Part shown: positions 63,213 through 64,000 of the stretch, in pieces | How positions within the stretch are numbered: position 1 is the first letter of the stretch | Layout: every line of letters starts with the position of its first letter | IMG/VR virus record: IMGVR_UViG_3300037457_000038 | Location: 58,144 to 122,143 of that record | Source: a virus | DNA length: 64,000 nucleotides | Strand: one strand, 5' to 3' | Position numbers and translations under genes: made by a program | The notes under the pieces: model-generated | Databases searched by the model: none | Told to the model about the DNA's origin: nothing | The model's input: the letters and a program-made list of their open reading frames with translations, nothing else

Positions 63213-63448
63213 CCGGCCTCGATCTGGCAATCACCATCGCCGTCACCACCGTGGCCGTGCTGCTGCTGTGGACCGCGATGGTCCGGGTCCAGACCCGTAT
63301 CGCCCCCACCGTGCCGGAGGGGATGACGACGCGGCTGTGTGACTCGGTGACCTGCCGCCGTCCGGTGCCGCATGTGGTGATGCCGTGCGGCGCCGCCCTG
63401 TGCACCCGGTGCGGCACTGAAAGCCCCACCCCCTACCAGACGCCCTGA
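63209..63448 (+). CDS. Membrane-anchored Zn-ribbon protein
   Basis: TM then C...C...H...CTRCG. Confidence 0.6.
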   Translation: MTGLDLAITIAVTTVAVLLLWTAMVRVQTRIAPTVPEGMTTRLCDSVTCRRPVPHVVMPCGAALCTRCGTESPTPYQTP

Positions 63449-63531
63449 AACCGGTGTTGCCGGGCCGGTCGAGCCCTCCCCCACGGTCCCGGCCCGGCAG
63501 CGCCCCAAACCCACCTCCCCGGGAGGCACCA

Positions 63532-63876
63532 ATGCCCCGCACTCGCCCCGGCAGACACCGCGCCGTCGATGAGGTCGCACGCCTGGAACGCGAACTGGCC
63601 GGAGCCCAGCTCCTCATCGACGGCCTCCGCATAAAGGTGGCCGACGCCAACGATGCCCGCGACAAGGCCAACGAACGCGCCAACCTCCTCACCGAAGCAG
63701 ACACCCGCGCCGGACGGCTGGAGGCAGAGGTCACCGTGCTGCGCGCCGCGCTGGCCAACGCGCGGCGCATATCGGTGCCGTCTGGAGAGCGCGATGTGGA
63801 CGACGACGACCAGCCCACCGAGCCGATAGACGTCCGCCCGCTGTGGGCCGTGACCCAGCTGAGCCTGGAGGCATGA
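63532..63876 (+). CDS. Coiled-coil hypothetical protein
   Basis: GGAGG RBS. Confidence 0.7.
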   Translation: MPRTRPGRHRAVDEVARLERELAGAQLLIDGLRIKVADANDARDKANERANLLTEADTRAGRLEAEVTVLRAALANARRISVPSGERDVDDDDQPTEPIDVRPLWAVTQLSLEA

Positions 63877-63879
63877 CGC

Positions 63880-64000
63880 ATGGGCCTGTTCGAGTTTTTT
63901 GACTGGCTGTGGGTCGTGGCCACGGTCGCCTGGGCTGGGGCTCCCGTCGCGTTGATCGCCCTCGCTGTGTGGGCGGCCCGGGTCGCTCGCCGGAAGGCGC
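63880..64000 (+). CDS. Membrane protein, truncated by the window end
   Basis: GGAGG RBS; hydrophobic open frame to the end. Confidence 0.5.
   Translation, partial: MGLFEFFDWLWVVATVAWAGAPVALIALAVWAARVARRKA

Larger units (their letters stand above)
1..64000. mobile_element. Temperate actinophage (Streptomyces-like siphovirus) with serine integrase, putative plasmid Rep and TraB/Spd transfer module
   Basis: Terminase, portal, capsid, tape measure, endolysin, integrase, repressor/Cro and YqaJ/RecT all present; no host housekeeping genes; phage genes on both sides of the integrase. Confidence 0.93.

Noticed and set aside
1-64000. Many long alternative ORFs (e.g. 50987-52981 -, 39958-41877 -, 38080-39906 -, 26176-27807 -)
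   Set aside because: Antisense or off-frame shadows of well-supported genes, expected in high-GC DNA; no motifs
1-64000. CRISPR array, tRNA, rRNA, IS elements
   Set aside because: No regular repeat-spacer array, cloverleaf or transposase motif seen by eye

Overview
The whole window is a high-GC, Streptomyces-type temperate siphophage of about 100 genes, with no recognisable host genes. It starts and ends inside the early region. Layout from left to right: early accessory genes (1-4.3 kb); a plasmid-type transfer module with a divergent HTH regulator, micro-ORFs, Spd-like membrane proteins and an FtsK/TraB translocase (4.5-11 kb); the putative small terminase; a sugar-modification cluster (2 NDP-sugar epimerase/dehydratases, glycosyltransferases, SAM methyltransferases, HIT, DNA methyltransferase) wrapped around the large terminase (12-21 kb); morons; portal, MuF-protease fusion, capsid, tail and lysis genes (24-44.5 kb); a fifth glycosyltransferase; a leftward accessory block (RNA-ligase-like, WhiB, NUDIX); an XRE/prim-pol-like module; a large serine integrase; the repressor; a putative plasmid-type Rep with a candidate antisense RNA; Cro; and YqaJ/RecT. 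The most notable points are: (1) one element combining virion, integrase, putative plasmid Rep and TraB/Spd conjugation genes; (2) a late-expressed glycan pathway; (3) an 8-copy late promoter motif, CCGGA-N22-(-10), driving several leaderless genes; (4) conserved ATC start codons on two tail paralogues. All functional calls come from motifs recognised by eye; no database searches were run.
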